Shown here in pieces: positions 38,088 to 49,683 of a stretch of DNA of 64,000 bases; within the stretch, counting starts at the first letter, position 1; every line of letters starts with the position of its first letter. The position numbers and the translations under genes were made by a program. A model generated the notes under the pieces. It was given only the letters and a program-made list of their open reading frames with translations. It was not told the origin of the DNA and made no database searches. Origin of the DNA: Geosiphon pyriformis uo1 (lineage: Eukaryota; Fungi; Glomeromycota). The stretch is from the NCBI GenBank assembly GCA_016748015.1, contig JAAOMT010000222.1:3924-67923 (forward strand), read 5' to 3'.

Positions 38088-41000
38088 TCGGGCAGTGAGA
38101 ATTAACTCTTCTCAGGTTGTTATTGGGGTTAATTGGGATATTTTGACTAGGGATAGAAAGATAGCTTGGGCAATCTTTTCTTGTGATTCTATTTTATAGG
38201 GTCTGTTCGAATTGTTTTGTAGCATCATGATGATGTTTCCCATGTAACCGGCATCGATGATTCCTCCTTTTACGTTGATTTTTTTTTTGGCTAGACTAGA
38301 TTGAGAGGCAACTTGTATCATTGTACTAACAGGAATTTCTAATGCTATCTTAAGATCTATTTTTACAAGGGAATGTGGGGCTATAATGATGGGTGATTGT
38401 TCAAGATATTGTAAGTCGAAACCAGCATTGGTGTCATGTGCTCTTTCAAGGCAGATTCCTTTCTTGTTGTCACTGTATCATTTTAGCTCTAGTTCTTTGG
38501 ATAGATTGGGATACACAAGATACTGTTCTGTTTCAGTATCCTCAGTTGGATCTTGAAATAACATGTCCTCAGTGATCAATACCTTTTTTTCAGACTCAGG
38601 TAGTTCGGTGATTGGAAACAGTATTTTTGGAGGCGGATTGAACATGAGATCACATTCATCACAGTACTGGAAGTGACAGGGGATCAAACAGTGATTGCAC
38701 AGTTTGATATTCAAATCGGCCAACCTTTGCTTCTGTTCTTCGCAAGTTGGGGCCAATTCCTGATATCGGTTCTGAAATGCATCTGGGTCATTTGTGAAGA
38801 AATCATTCTCAGGATAGTCAGGTCTATTATATTCAGACATCCAAGGGTTGTCCTTGATTTCTTGTATTTCTTTGGGCATGACGCTTTTGGTCTTGGTGCT
38901 TGCCATTCTCCAAATTTTATGGTCATCGTGTGGATAACTGTCCAGTCTGTTGAGTGCTTATTTTCAAGCGTTCTCAATGGGAGTTTTCTTTTGTACTCAA
39001 TCGTTGATTAATATGGTGTATTGACAAGCCTCGTCACATGTTTTTCCTCTGCTAGGCACATCATTCTAGAGTCTTTCATCTGGCAAGATTTTGCCACACA
39101 CAAGGCATGGCGTGTTGTCCCACTTGCCTTGTTGTTTTGGTCGTCCAAATTTTTCAAGTAAACAAGGTCTGCAATAGTATTTGGTGGCAGTGGGCCATTC
39201 TTCATTGTCCCCGATACATGCACCCATAGTGGATAGTTTTTTTTCACAATCAACACATATTAGTCTTGGGGGTTGGTAAAATAAGTTTCTTTGGTCTGAG
39301 GTTACGTATCCTAATGATGATGATTGGAGTTCTTCTTTAGCTCTGTTTTTTCCTTTTTCTTTCCAGATTGGTGGTGGGAGTAGTTCAGTTCGATAATCAT
39401 CCACCCATGAAACCTGATAGGTCTCGATAGTTGGTGGCATTGATGTGTCTTCAAATTCAATAAGGGGTTTCTCGGTACATTGGGTTTTAAAGTGTCTGCA
39501 CATAGCTGGGACTTGGGCATGCTGTCTGTTAAACGTGAATTGAAGTTCTTGGATGTTCTAGTCGAGAGTAGCATTGGCTTTTGACAACCAATTGTTTCCT
39601 ATTAGAGCTTAATATTGAGTAGCTTCTATAACAAGTATTTTGGTAGGGATTTGGATTCCATTAATCTCGAAAGAGAAGTTGTCAATTTCTCCTATCGGGG
39701 TTTTTGTGTTTCTATCCACTGTAATGATCCGGGTGGTAGCAACACGGTCTACTCAGTGACTTAATTGGTTCATGAGCTGCTTCATGATTATGCTACCAGC
39801 TGATCTGTTATCCAAGATTAATTTAATGTCTATTCCTCCGACTCTGGCATCGGTGTATAGGGCTGTTATTGGTTTATCTTGATTGATGACTGCTTCACTA
39901 AAAAGACTATGGGTGTTTAAATTATCGATGTCAAAAGAAAATATGGTGGCTAAGGTGGTGTCTTTGGTAATAATGGCTGGTAGGATATTGCTTTTTGTTT
40001 GCTTGGAAGGTTGGGAGATTTGTTCTATATCCCCTCCTTCCACAGATGTAGATTTATCAAAACCCTGGTCTTCTATAAGACCAAGATAGGAAGCTTGATT
40101 CAGGTATCCAGTTGGTGTTGGTCAAGATTGGGCAGGACTGTAAGGGATTAGTCAAGACGGTCCACTGTTGGTTTGCACCTGATTGTTGTTGGAATTCCTC
40201 CATCTCTGATTATAGTCTATAGCTCGAGATCTGGACAGGCTGTAAGGGGAAGTTTGATAGTGAGGGATTGTTTGTGTCATTGGTGGTGGTTGATAATAAT
40301 TCTGGGGTGGTGGTTGAGTATATGAGACTTGTTGTGTGTATAGGGGCAGTTGATTCTGAGGTATGGAATATTGGGATACCATGTTTTGCTGATATCTGAG
40401 TTGCTGGTATGGGTTTCCTTGATTTTGGTTCATGATCTTCCTTCTGCAGTCACGGGCGATGTGTCCAAGTTTTTGGCAGTAGTAACAGTTGTGGGGATCA
40501 GATCTCCAAGGTTGTTGCTGTTGTTAATGGTTCTGTTGCTGTGGATATCTGCTGTTGTTGTTATTTTTTCTCTGTTGGGGTGGTTGGTAAGTTCCTGTAG
40601 TTCCGGCTAAGAATTCCTCAATTTTCTGAGTTAGTTTCTTACTCAATTGGGTTATCTTTGTGTTGATGTCAGAGGTTCTATTAATGGCTAAATTAATGGC
40701 TTGGGTATAATTTACTTCTTGTTCTGTAGACTTAAAATCACGAGCAAAAGCGATGGCATCTTGTAAACTGGTCAGATGGCAGAGTCTTACGGATCTTAGA
40801 ATACTATTCTGCAATCCTTTAATAAAGTGATTAAGAACTTGTACTGTGGTGTAGTAGTCCCTTTCAATAGCTAATATTTGATGCAGGATTTGATTGAATT
40901 GTCCAAGATAAGTAGTTACTGCTTTGTGATCTTTTTGTTTAATTATGCTGAATTGATTCTGCAATCAGATTAATGTATTGGGATCACAGAAGTATTGCAG

Positions 41001-42060
41001 AAATGCGAGTTTAAATTTGGTAAAGGAGATAGGCTTCTCTGTCAGGCTCTGGTACCACAAATCAGTGGTTCTGGTCAGAAAAAACAGCAGTGCCTGAATT
41101 GTGTGGTCGTTGTTCCAACCATTAGCAGTAATTGCTTTCTCGGCGTCTGCAATCCAAGAATATGCATTATCTTTTTCACCAGAGAATTTTTCCAATTTAG
41201 TGATATTTTGGTAAGCCATGATCCAGTTAATGGGTGGGGTGTTATTGGTTATGTTTAAAGAGATTGGTGTCCGCATATTTGAGTGTTCTCCAGGTGCTAA
41301 TGCTGGTTGCTTTTCTTTGTTGCTTGAACCAATAGGTTGTAAGATAGCTGTTTTTTCTATCAGGTAAGATGCTGATTCTACTAGGTTTTGTGCTGGTGGC
41401 TGTTTACAAGTTGACGGGTTTTCTTCTGTTTGACTGGCTGCTGGGGTAAGATTTCCAAACAGTGATCCATATTCTCCTAGTGATTTGGTCCAACTGTGTT
41501 GATTCCAAGGGTGTGGATTTCCAGGAGTTCATGGTGTTTCTGACTGGGTTTCTGGGAGTGGGTTGAATACAATTCTACTTTGGAGTGTCTGATGGTATGA
41601 TGGAATTGTTGGGGAGAGGACCCTTGGTTTTTTGTTGACCATGGACTTGGCTTGGGCAGTTATGAGGTTGTTGAATTTGTTTTTGTATTCCTCAGGGTCA
41701 GATTCCACTGATTGTTGTACTTGAGAGAATTGTTGTGCCACGTAATATTTAATGTCTGTATCGATTATGCGCAGAGTTTCAGCAATTGCTCAGATAGTTG
41801 TGGTTGTTGAGTACCCTAGTAAGCTTTGATGAATTTGTTTTTCAAGTCTTCCTGTATCAGTTGCGTGGCCTAATAAGCAGTCAATTTTTGCATTGATATA
41901 GTTACAAAAATCACTTTCTGTGTAAGCAGTTTCTGCTGGTATTCTTAGGTCTTTTTGAAAGTATTGAAATAGTGCTTTTCTGTACAAGAAGTGGTTCTTT
42001 CCTATTGTTCCAATAGTCGCTACTTTTATGTATTTTTGGGGATGCTCTGTCTCTGTGGAT
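38088..42060 (-). pseudogene. B gag-pol 5' part (gag, CCHC knuckle, protease, Cys-rich domain, dUTPase to motif V)
   Basis: KLEKFSGEKDNAYSW capsid, CYYCQKLGHIARDC at about 40450-40490, KLILDNRSAGSII, and GGIIDAGYMGNI. Confidence 0.92.
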
Positions 42061-42067
42061 TTATAAC

Positions 42068-42085
42068 CTCACAGAGAGCACCAAA
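42068..42085 (-). promoter_or_regulatory. primer-binding site of B
   Basis: TT-TGGTGCTCTCTGTGAG, complementary to a tRNA 3' end ...CTCACAGAGAGCACCA. Confidence 0.88.
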
Positions 42086-43159
42086 TGTTATGAATAAACT
42101 TAGTGGGTATGGGAAATGGTAACGTTTGGTGCTCTCAATTATTGATGATGCGTCTTCCACATAATTTTGTTGGCTTAATCTTAATTATCAGTCTTTGAAG
42201 GTTTATTCCTGGATGTGAATTTACCTGTTGAGTTTTTTGGTTATAAGGCACAGAGTTTGTCTTTCATCGATTGCAATATTTTTCGTAAATGTGAGCTTTT
42301 TTTTCTAAGCTAATGAGCACAGTCATTAGGGTCTGGCATTGTCTTTTCACTCTTCTGATAAGCTAACAAGATAATGTTAATATCCAAAACTTAGGAGGAG
42401 CTTCCCTCTTTTACCAGGCTATCATGAAGTCTATTCTCAAACAGTCAATTTTACTATGTTGCCACTCCACAAAAATAAGACAGAAAAAGAAAAAAAAAAA
42501 AAAAAAAGAAAAGAGAGAAAAGATAAATTAGTATCGTCAATTGCCATGATCAAGAGCAATTGATCCAAATCGTTAATAGGTTTGAGGCAGTTATGCTAAG
42601 AGCATCTGTCCTAGAATGGAGATACGAGACAAGGGTTAATTCACGTAAATTCTACAAAGTTTGAAAACATGAATTCATGATTCTGATTTCTTTAATAATT
42701 GGTTTATTTCAGGAGATGAAATAGAGAAGATAATAAAGGATGAAGGGGTATGGATATTTAATTCTTGTCTAGAGGTTTGTATCTATCTGTTTGTCTTTTT
42801 TCACTTCTACAACTACTTGCTTTTATACATTCTTTTGGTTTTACAGGATTGCTTTCAATTGTCTCGCTATTGCTAGCTATTGCTTTATTGTTTCTGTTAT
42901 TGCTTCGTTTTTCTATGTTATTACTAGTTATCCTATGTTATAACACATTATCTAATGTTATTACATGTTATTCTGTGTTATCCTGCATTATAATATGTTA
43001 TCCTACATTATTGTGCACTATTCTGTATTATCTTGCATTATAACATGTTATCCTACGTTATAACGCATTATCCAATGTTATTGCACATTATTCTGTATTA
43101 TGTCATGTTTTGATCACATTTCTTTATAACTTTGAATTGGTTTTTCTACTTGGGTAACA
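42086..43159 (-). repeat. 5' LTR of B (1074 bp)
   Basis: TGTTAT...GGGTAACA. Matches 23071-24171. Confidence 0.95.
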
Positions 43160-46100
43160 ATGTTTTTAGAATTTATTTAATATGCCAGACAAACTAATAG
43201 ATTTGTCATCAGACAAATTATCAATTATTAAAACCAATTTACACATACTAATCTCACTTATTATATTAAAAAAAGTGTTTTTTTTATATAATCTAATGAT
43301 TTATATTAACAAAACTATGTATTAAGCATTATTGAAGACATTTTTTGTTTTTTTGTCTATTTTATTATAATTTTATTAACTTTAAGCTTTACTTTATCTA
43401 ATTTTAAGACCAATTTCTTTTCAATCACTAAATAATCTAAAGCCATCTTGTAAAAAACTGTTCTAGAACACTTTTTATTATGCTCTCTTTGTCAAAACTG
43501 AAAATTTCTATCTGTTTCTTAATCACCTTTTTAATAGCTGCTTTTTCAGTTAATTTTGATTCATAGTATTTGGACTTTTTGTATTTTTTTTGATCAATGA
43601 CAACTGTTTTAAAATATTTACAGAATTTATTCTATCTTAAACTACAATACCAATTTTAGAAGTCTTTTTATTATTATTATAGACTATTTTTTAAAAAGAC
43701 AATTAAATCCAAATTTATTACTTAAATCCAATTTTTTTGCAATTTTGGCAACCAGCAATTTCAATTCAAGAAATTTTGACAATTGCTTGTTTTTTAAGCA
43801 TTTAGACTCATTAAACTAAAGTTAAAAAAAGTTGTATTTGCTAAACCCACTATTATCTCTTTTAATATTTTTTACATAGTATTTAAATTACCAAAAATTT
43901 TTGTATTTACAAATCTATTTATTATCCTTAACAATCTAGTAAAAACACATTCCTTAAAACTGGTTTTTGTTAGCTTGCTTTTAAACTGTATTCAAATACC
44001 TATTCAAAAAACCACTTAAACTAAAAAAAACCATAATAGCCATGTAATTAATATCAAAAAAATTAAATACACTATTAACACTTTGATTTATTATGGCCAA
44101 TAAAAAATATTTACTAACAAAAATATAGTTTATAGTCTTTTTTACATCTCTTAAATTGTTTTATGTTAGAAATTTGACAACTAATTTACTTAAAAAAAAA
44201 TTGTACAAGTCTAAATTAAAACATTTCTTAAAACTTGTACTTTGTTTCTTTTTATTTTTATTGAAATTGCCATTTAACACAACATAAAAGCTTGAATTAA
44301 TTGCCATAACAATATATTAATTTATTTTATTGGCTTGTTCAAATCTCATATTAATTGAAATATTAGCATATAAACCCAAAATTGTTACTGAAATTTTGTT
44401 ATTAAATAATAAACAAATTAATAGAAAATGATCAAAGATCTTAGATACTTTATACACATAATAAACAAAAAAATTGTTTATTACTATTGTTACTTTTGCA
44501 TCTATATGACCAATATTTAAACCAGAAACAAAAACTTTTACACCTTGAAATTTATTTTTAATCCAAGATTTTATTTGACTTTTTAGCTTGGTTTTAGTAA
44601 TAATAGAAATCTAATTACCAGATTTTCTGTGCCACTTAATTATATTATCTTGTTTAGCCAAATTATTTATATTTTTAATATTACATATTGCTATTTTCCA
44701 AATAAACTCACTTATTGAGATAAAAAATGTTTTAAAAAATCTGAATCAGTATATAACTAATTCAACTTTATCAAAACTAAACTAACTAAAACTTTAAGAG
44801 CCACTATTTTTGATTTTAAGTTACTTATCTTAGTAATTAAAACCTTTGAACTACTTAATCCTAAATTTATACTCATGTTTTTTGTTATTAAAGAGAAAAA
44901 AAAAACAGCAAAAGTGAGTTATTTAAAATTATGCCCAACTTTAATTTTAAAAACAATAGTACAGAAACAGCCAAAAATAAATATTGATAAGCAAACATTA
45001 AGAATACCAAATTTATCTTGCTTAGTTTTTGCACAATATTAGAGACCTAATTAACCAAAAACTTTAAAAAGCATTCCAAAGAAGCCAATTAATCACTAAT
45101 TACAAATGTATTTTAAAAATTAGAGGCCATATTACCAGAGAATAAAGCATTAAAAAAAAAAATTCAGAAACAAAAACTGAATAAACATTAATAAAAATAG
45201 TCATTAGAAATACTATTTGTGCTTAACACTTGTTATCAAAAGCAGCAAATCAGAAAATAAACACACTTTTTTTCACATAGAAGTAAGCAAACTGAAGACA
45301 ATTCTAATTTGAAACAAATTTTTTATAAAATTTTTTTGAACTAGAGCAAAAAAACTTGAAAAGTTACACTTTAAAACTGAATGTTCAAAACACTTATACT
45401 TTTTACAGCAAATTCATTCTGGTTCAAAAAAGTTTTATGTTATCTAAAATTGGCTCCATGTGAAAAACAGATTCTAAATTATCTTCTGTTTTAAAACCAA
45501 CTACAGCACAGCAAATTTTATTGCCAATTTCAAATAACTGATTAATGATACAAGTTTTTTTCAATAAAATGTCTAAATTATAAACTGTTGTTTTTACAAG
45601 TAAGATAAATAAAAGCATCTTAAAATAATTTTTAAACATTTAAACATCACAATTTTTAATAGTTTTTGTCATATATACTGAGTTTTTTCTGATTAAAAAT
45701 AACCATCTTGCTGTTAATAGATCTGTTTAACTTAATTTGGCAAATTTTATTATAGTCTTTTGTCATAATTCAATTAGTTATAATAAGATTAATACAATTT
45801 GACCAAGCTCAAATATTGTAGCACTAATTATTTTTTTTGGCATATTTATAAAATTTTTTTTGACAATCACAGTTTAATCTAAATGCACTTTTTGTTTTTT
45901 AAAATTACTGTTTATAATAATACCTTTTTTTTGGCTAATAATGTGATCTTATTCAAGTTTTTTTTGATGTAAACATTAATCTAATAATTTCTTTAAATTT
46001 TGAGAGAATAATAGTCCTTTTAAAACCATTGACTGATGAAAAAAATTTTGTAATTACCTAAATTTTAGCCATTGTTGATTTGTTTTTTACTGCTAATAGA

Positions 46101-47570
46101 TTAATATTCAAAACAAAAGATTTTTAATGGTTATCTTAATTGGAGTTTTTATTATCTTGGAGTTAATTCATTTTTTATCCAAAAAAATATTAAAAGAAGG
46201 TGGTATTACCAGTAGAATTTTAGTCATTAATTAGCATAAAATTACTTTTATAATTTTTATTATTAATTAGCATATATTAATATCATTTCAATTGTCACTT
46301 ATTATTTAATTAATAACCCAATTTGTACAATAAAAATTAGGATGATTAAATTACACAATATTTCGAACTATGTAATATTCAAGAATTTACTAAAATTTAT
46401 AAAAAATTTGCCAAAATAATAGATAATGCACTGAAATAATTAATAGTTTGTTAAAATAACTTATAGCTTATTAAAATGTATCTTTAATTCATCTAAATCA
46501 TAACAAAAAGAAAAGTTCAAGTTTATAAACCAATACTATAACAAGTTGTATAAAAAAAAAGCTTTTCTTTTCAAGAAAATATATCTTCTTTTTATCTTAT
46601 TATAGATATTTTACTTTAGATTTATTCTTATTTAGTACAATTTAAAATAAAAACTATACTTTAAAAACCAATTTTTGAAATCATTACACTTGACATTTTT
46701 CAAAATTTAATTAATATTTTGAAATTGATTAGCTATCAATTTCAGTAAATTGTTAGTAACTTTAGGTCTGAACCAGAAACAATTCTTCTAACAAAATCCT
46801 ATTTTTTTTATATTTTTTTAATTTTTTTCTTCTTTTTTTTATCATAATTATTAAAGTAGTCTACAAAAAAATTCTTGTAAAAAAGTTGATTTTTACAATA
46901 AAGTAACTACATATATTTTAGTAAGCTTTCAGATAAGTAATTCCTAAGAAAAAGTTGACTTTTACAGCAAAGTAACTATGTATTTTTAATAAGCTTTCAG
47001 ATAAGCAATTTTTGGAAAAAAGTTGACTTTTACTATAAAATAACTATACAAAATAACTGGCATAAAATTGGCTATTCTACTTATAAGTTCAGCAGTTCAA
47101 ATTATAAGAAATAATTTAAAAATAAATCCAATTATCAAAGATTTACTAGTTTTTAATAAACATAAATTAACAGCAAACTGACATTAACAATAATTAAGAA
47201 AAAAAACCAAAATTTTCTGATAATAATAAGAGTAGTCCAATTTTTTTATCTATATTAAACTTAAAAAAACCAAAAAAAGAACCACAATTCATATTAGTAT
47301 TTATTCTCTTGGCTTTAGAAATAGCAGCAACTGAATTTAAAAGAAATCTATTATTAATATTATTCATAATTTAATTGTTTTCATTACTATTAAACTTATT
47401 ATTTATATTTAAATATGTATTACCAAGACCAAATTTGACCAATAATATATTTTTTTTATTATCAAAATGCTTAATATTACCAAAAACAACAAAAAAAAAC
47501 AAAAAACTTCTTTTTTAAAATTATGCTCTTTGAAAAATTTAAGACATAAGAGAGAAAAAAGTTTTATATA
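43160..47570 (-). mobile_element. old LINE F, upstream segment (RT start, APE, ORF1), containing a solo LTR; right end approximate
   Basis: Sequence from 43160 aligns with D from 16863. 45424-45639 resembles ORF1 (LL.KTTVYNL...KKTCIIN...CAVVGF). Confidence 0.85.
46204..47225 (+). repeat. decayed solo LTR of A type inserted in LINE F ORF1
   Basis: Starts TATTACCAGTAGAATTTT, matching the A LTR start with G>A. Collinear with the reverse complement of 10598-11565, with one extra ~69-bp internal unit. Confidence 0.88.
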
Positions 47571-47869
47571 TTATTTATATTATTATTTAATTATTAATAT
47601 AATTATTAACTTAAATATTAATTTAATATTAATGTAATTATTAGTTTAATTATTAATTTTTATTGAATAAAATTTTTTAAAACTATAAAAAAACATTTTT
47701 ACTTAAATTAATATATATAATTTTAAGTTATTCTATTTTTAATTATTGTTTTTTTTTTAATTTGTATTTAATTTGTTTATTTAATTAAATTTTTTTTAAT
47801 TGTTTTTTATTATAGAATATTTGTTTTTTTTTATTTAACAAAAACTTTAACTGTGTTTTAATAAATAAA

Positions 47870-48335
47870 ACAATAAATGTTTTCTAATTTATAAATATTT
47901 TTATATTGAAAAAACATTTTACAAAAAAAACTGAAGTTTAGAACAATAAACTTTATATTTAAAGCTATTTAAAAACAAATACACAATAAATTTAAGACAA
48001 TAGCTAAACCAACAAATATTTATTAGGAACTTAAAGCAGCTTTTAAACTCTATAATTTATTTTATAATTGTAAAAACATTTTACAACACCCAATTTACCA
48101 ATTTCTAAAGATTCAATATGTTAAAAAGCTTACAGAATTGAAATTTTAACAATTTTCAGACCAAATTTTTTCAATAATTTTGGATTACTATTTGAAAATT
48201 ACAAACAGTATTTGAACTTTAATAGAGCTTAATCTTAAAGAAAAAATTATGTTACTAATTAAAATTTGAAATATTATTTAACATAAAATTATTTTTATAA
48301 TTTTTATTATTAATTAGCATATATTATTATATTAA
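47870..48335 (+). mobile_element. C-family fragment: ORF3 3' half, PPT and first ~85 bp of the LTR (LTR starts 48250)
   Basis: KAAFKLYNLF.NCKNILQHP...KLTELKF*QFSDQIFSIILDYYL followed by TGTTACTAATT. Confidence 0.88.
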
Positions 48336-48360
48336 TTTATTATTTATTATCTTATTAAAT

Positions 48361-48912
48361 TATTAAAAAACAAATTAAATTAGTATAAATTCAATATACA
48401 AAATCAGTTTTATAAATATTTTAGTTATTATTTTTTTAAGATAGAGAAATAGTTTATATTGTTAACAAAAAATAATATACTAATATAATTCTATGTTTTA
48501 TGTTAATATTTTTATAATTTAATATTAAGTATTAATTGAACTTTTTAGTAATATTTATTCAATAATCTTTAAAATCAATAATTACAAGTAAATACTAACA
48601 AATAATCTTTTATTACAAAAATGTTTAGATATTTAAAAAAAATTGGAAAAAGAAAATAAGCAAATTAAAAAGAATTAGATATTTAGAAATAATTTTTATT
48701 ATTTTGATTCATATATGTTTTGTTAAAACATATCTTTCTAAAACTAAAAGATACATTGCTTATATAACTATTTAAAATAATTAACAATCAGGTCAATAAG
48801 TAAGTCAATGATTGAATCATTAATTAAGTTAACAGTCAAGTTAATAACCAAATCATTGATCAAATTATTGATTAATTTCTAAAAATAGAATGGCTTACTA
48901 TATAACATTAGT
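48361..48912 (-). repeat. left arm of a ~560-bp inverted repeat pair
   Basis: Its reverse complement aligns along its length with 52745-53320. Contains a degenerate 12-bp tandem array at about 48785-48875. Confidence 0.88.
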
Positions 48913-49683
48913 GTAATCATTAATAAAAACTATGGTTTTCAACCATAACACTATTATTAATTATAAAGACAATTTTTTTTACATTTTAATAATAGAAAAT
49001 TTATTTTAAAAATCACTTAAATAAGTATAACATGATAAATAATATTTTTTCTGATAATTATGACCCATTACAACCTGGTAATCTGTTAATTATAGTAATA
49101 GGGTTAATGACTTAATAATAATAATATCATTATAGAATTTTACAAAATAATATTTTATTACTGCAGAAATTTTTTCATACAGGTGTACAACCACAACGAA
49201 TTCAATTGTATGAAGTACAGTCGTACATCATACATATCTATGAAAATTCTTCTTGTACAGCAAAATTCCACAACTTTGTATATGTATATTAGCTTTAGTT
49301 TACAAATATCCAAAATTTTTAATACTATATATGTTTTTTTCAGTAAAAACAATTGCCTTTAAATTTAGTAAATTAAGAAAAATCCGCTTATGGTATTTTT
49401 TTTAATTCTGATGGATGGATCACATGCATAATTCATACGATCAAATTACATCAAGATTTCCATTATGTTATTTATTATTATTATAACATGTTACAATCAA
49501 ATGCTAAACGCGCATATGCAATACTAACTATGATTTAAAATAGTTATTATTTTTAATTTATTAAAAAAAATTTTTTTTTAATTAATTTTTAAATTAAAAA
49601 ATAAATATAATATACAGAAAATAAATCAATAAAAATATATCTTTGTTTTTTTTTTATCACAACATATTAATTATTATCCGTTT

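Larger units (their letters stand above)
23071..43159 (-). mobile_element. Ty3/Gypsy element B, full length, carrying nested element C; TSD ATGC/ATGT
   Basis: LTRs at 23071-24171 and 42086-43159. PBS 42068-42085. The flanks rejoin the LINE F RT at the W-K-H codons. Confidence 0.95.

Noticed and set aside
49158-49352. 64-aa ORF downstream of the spliced gene, and + strand ORFs at 50003-51402
   Set aside because: No motif or splice support. The + strand ORFs are antisense to real exons.
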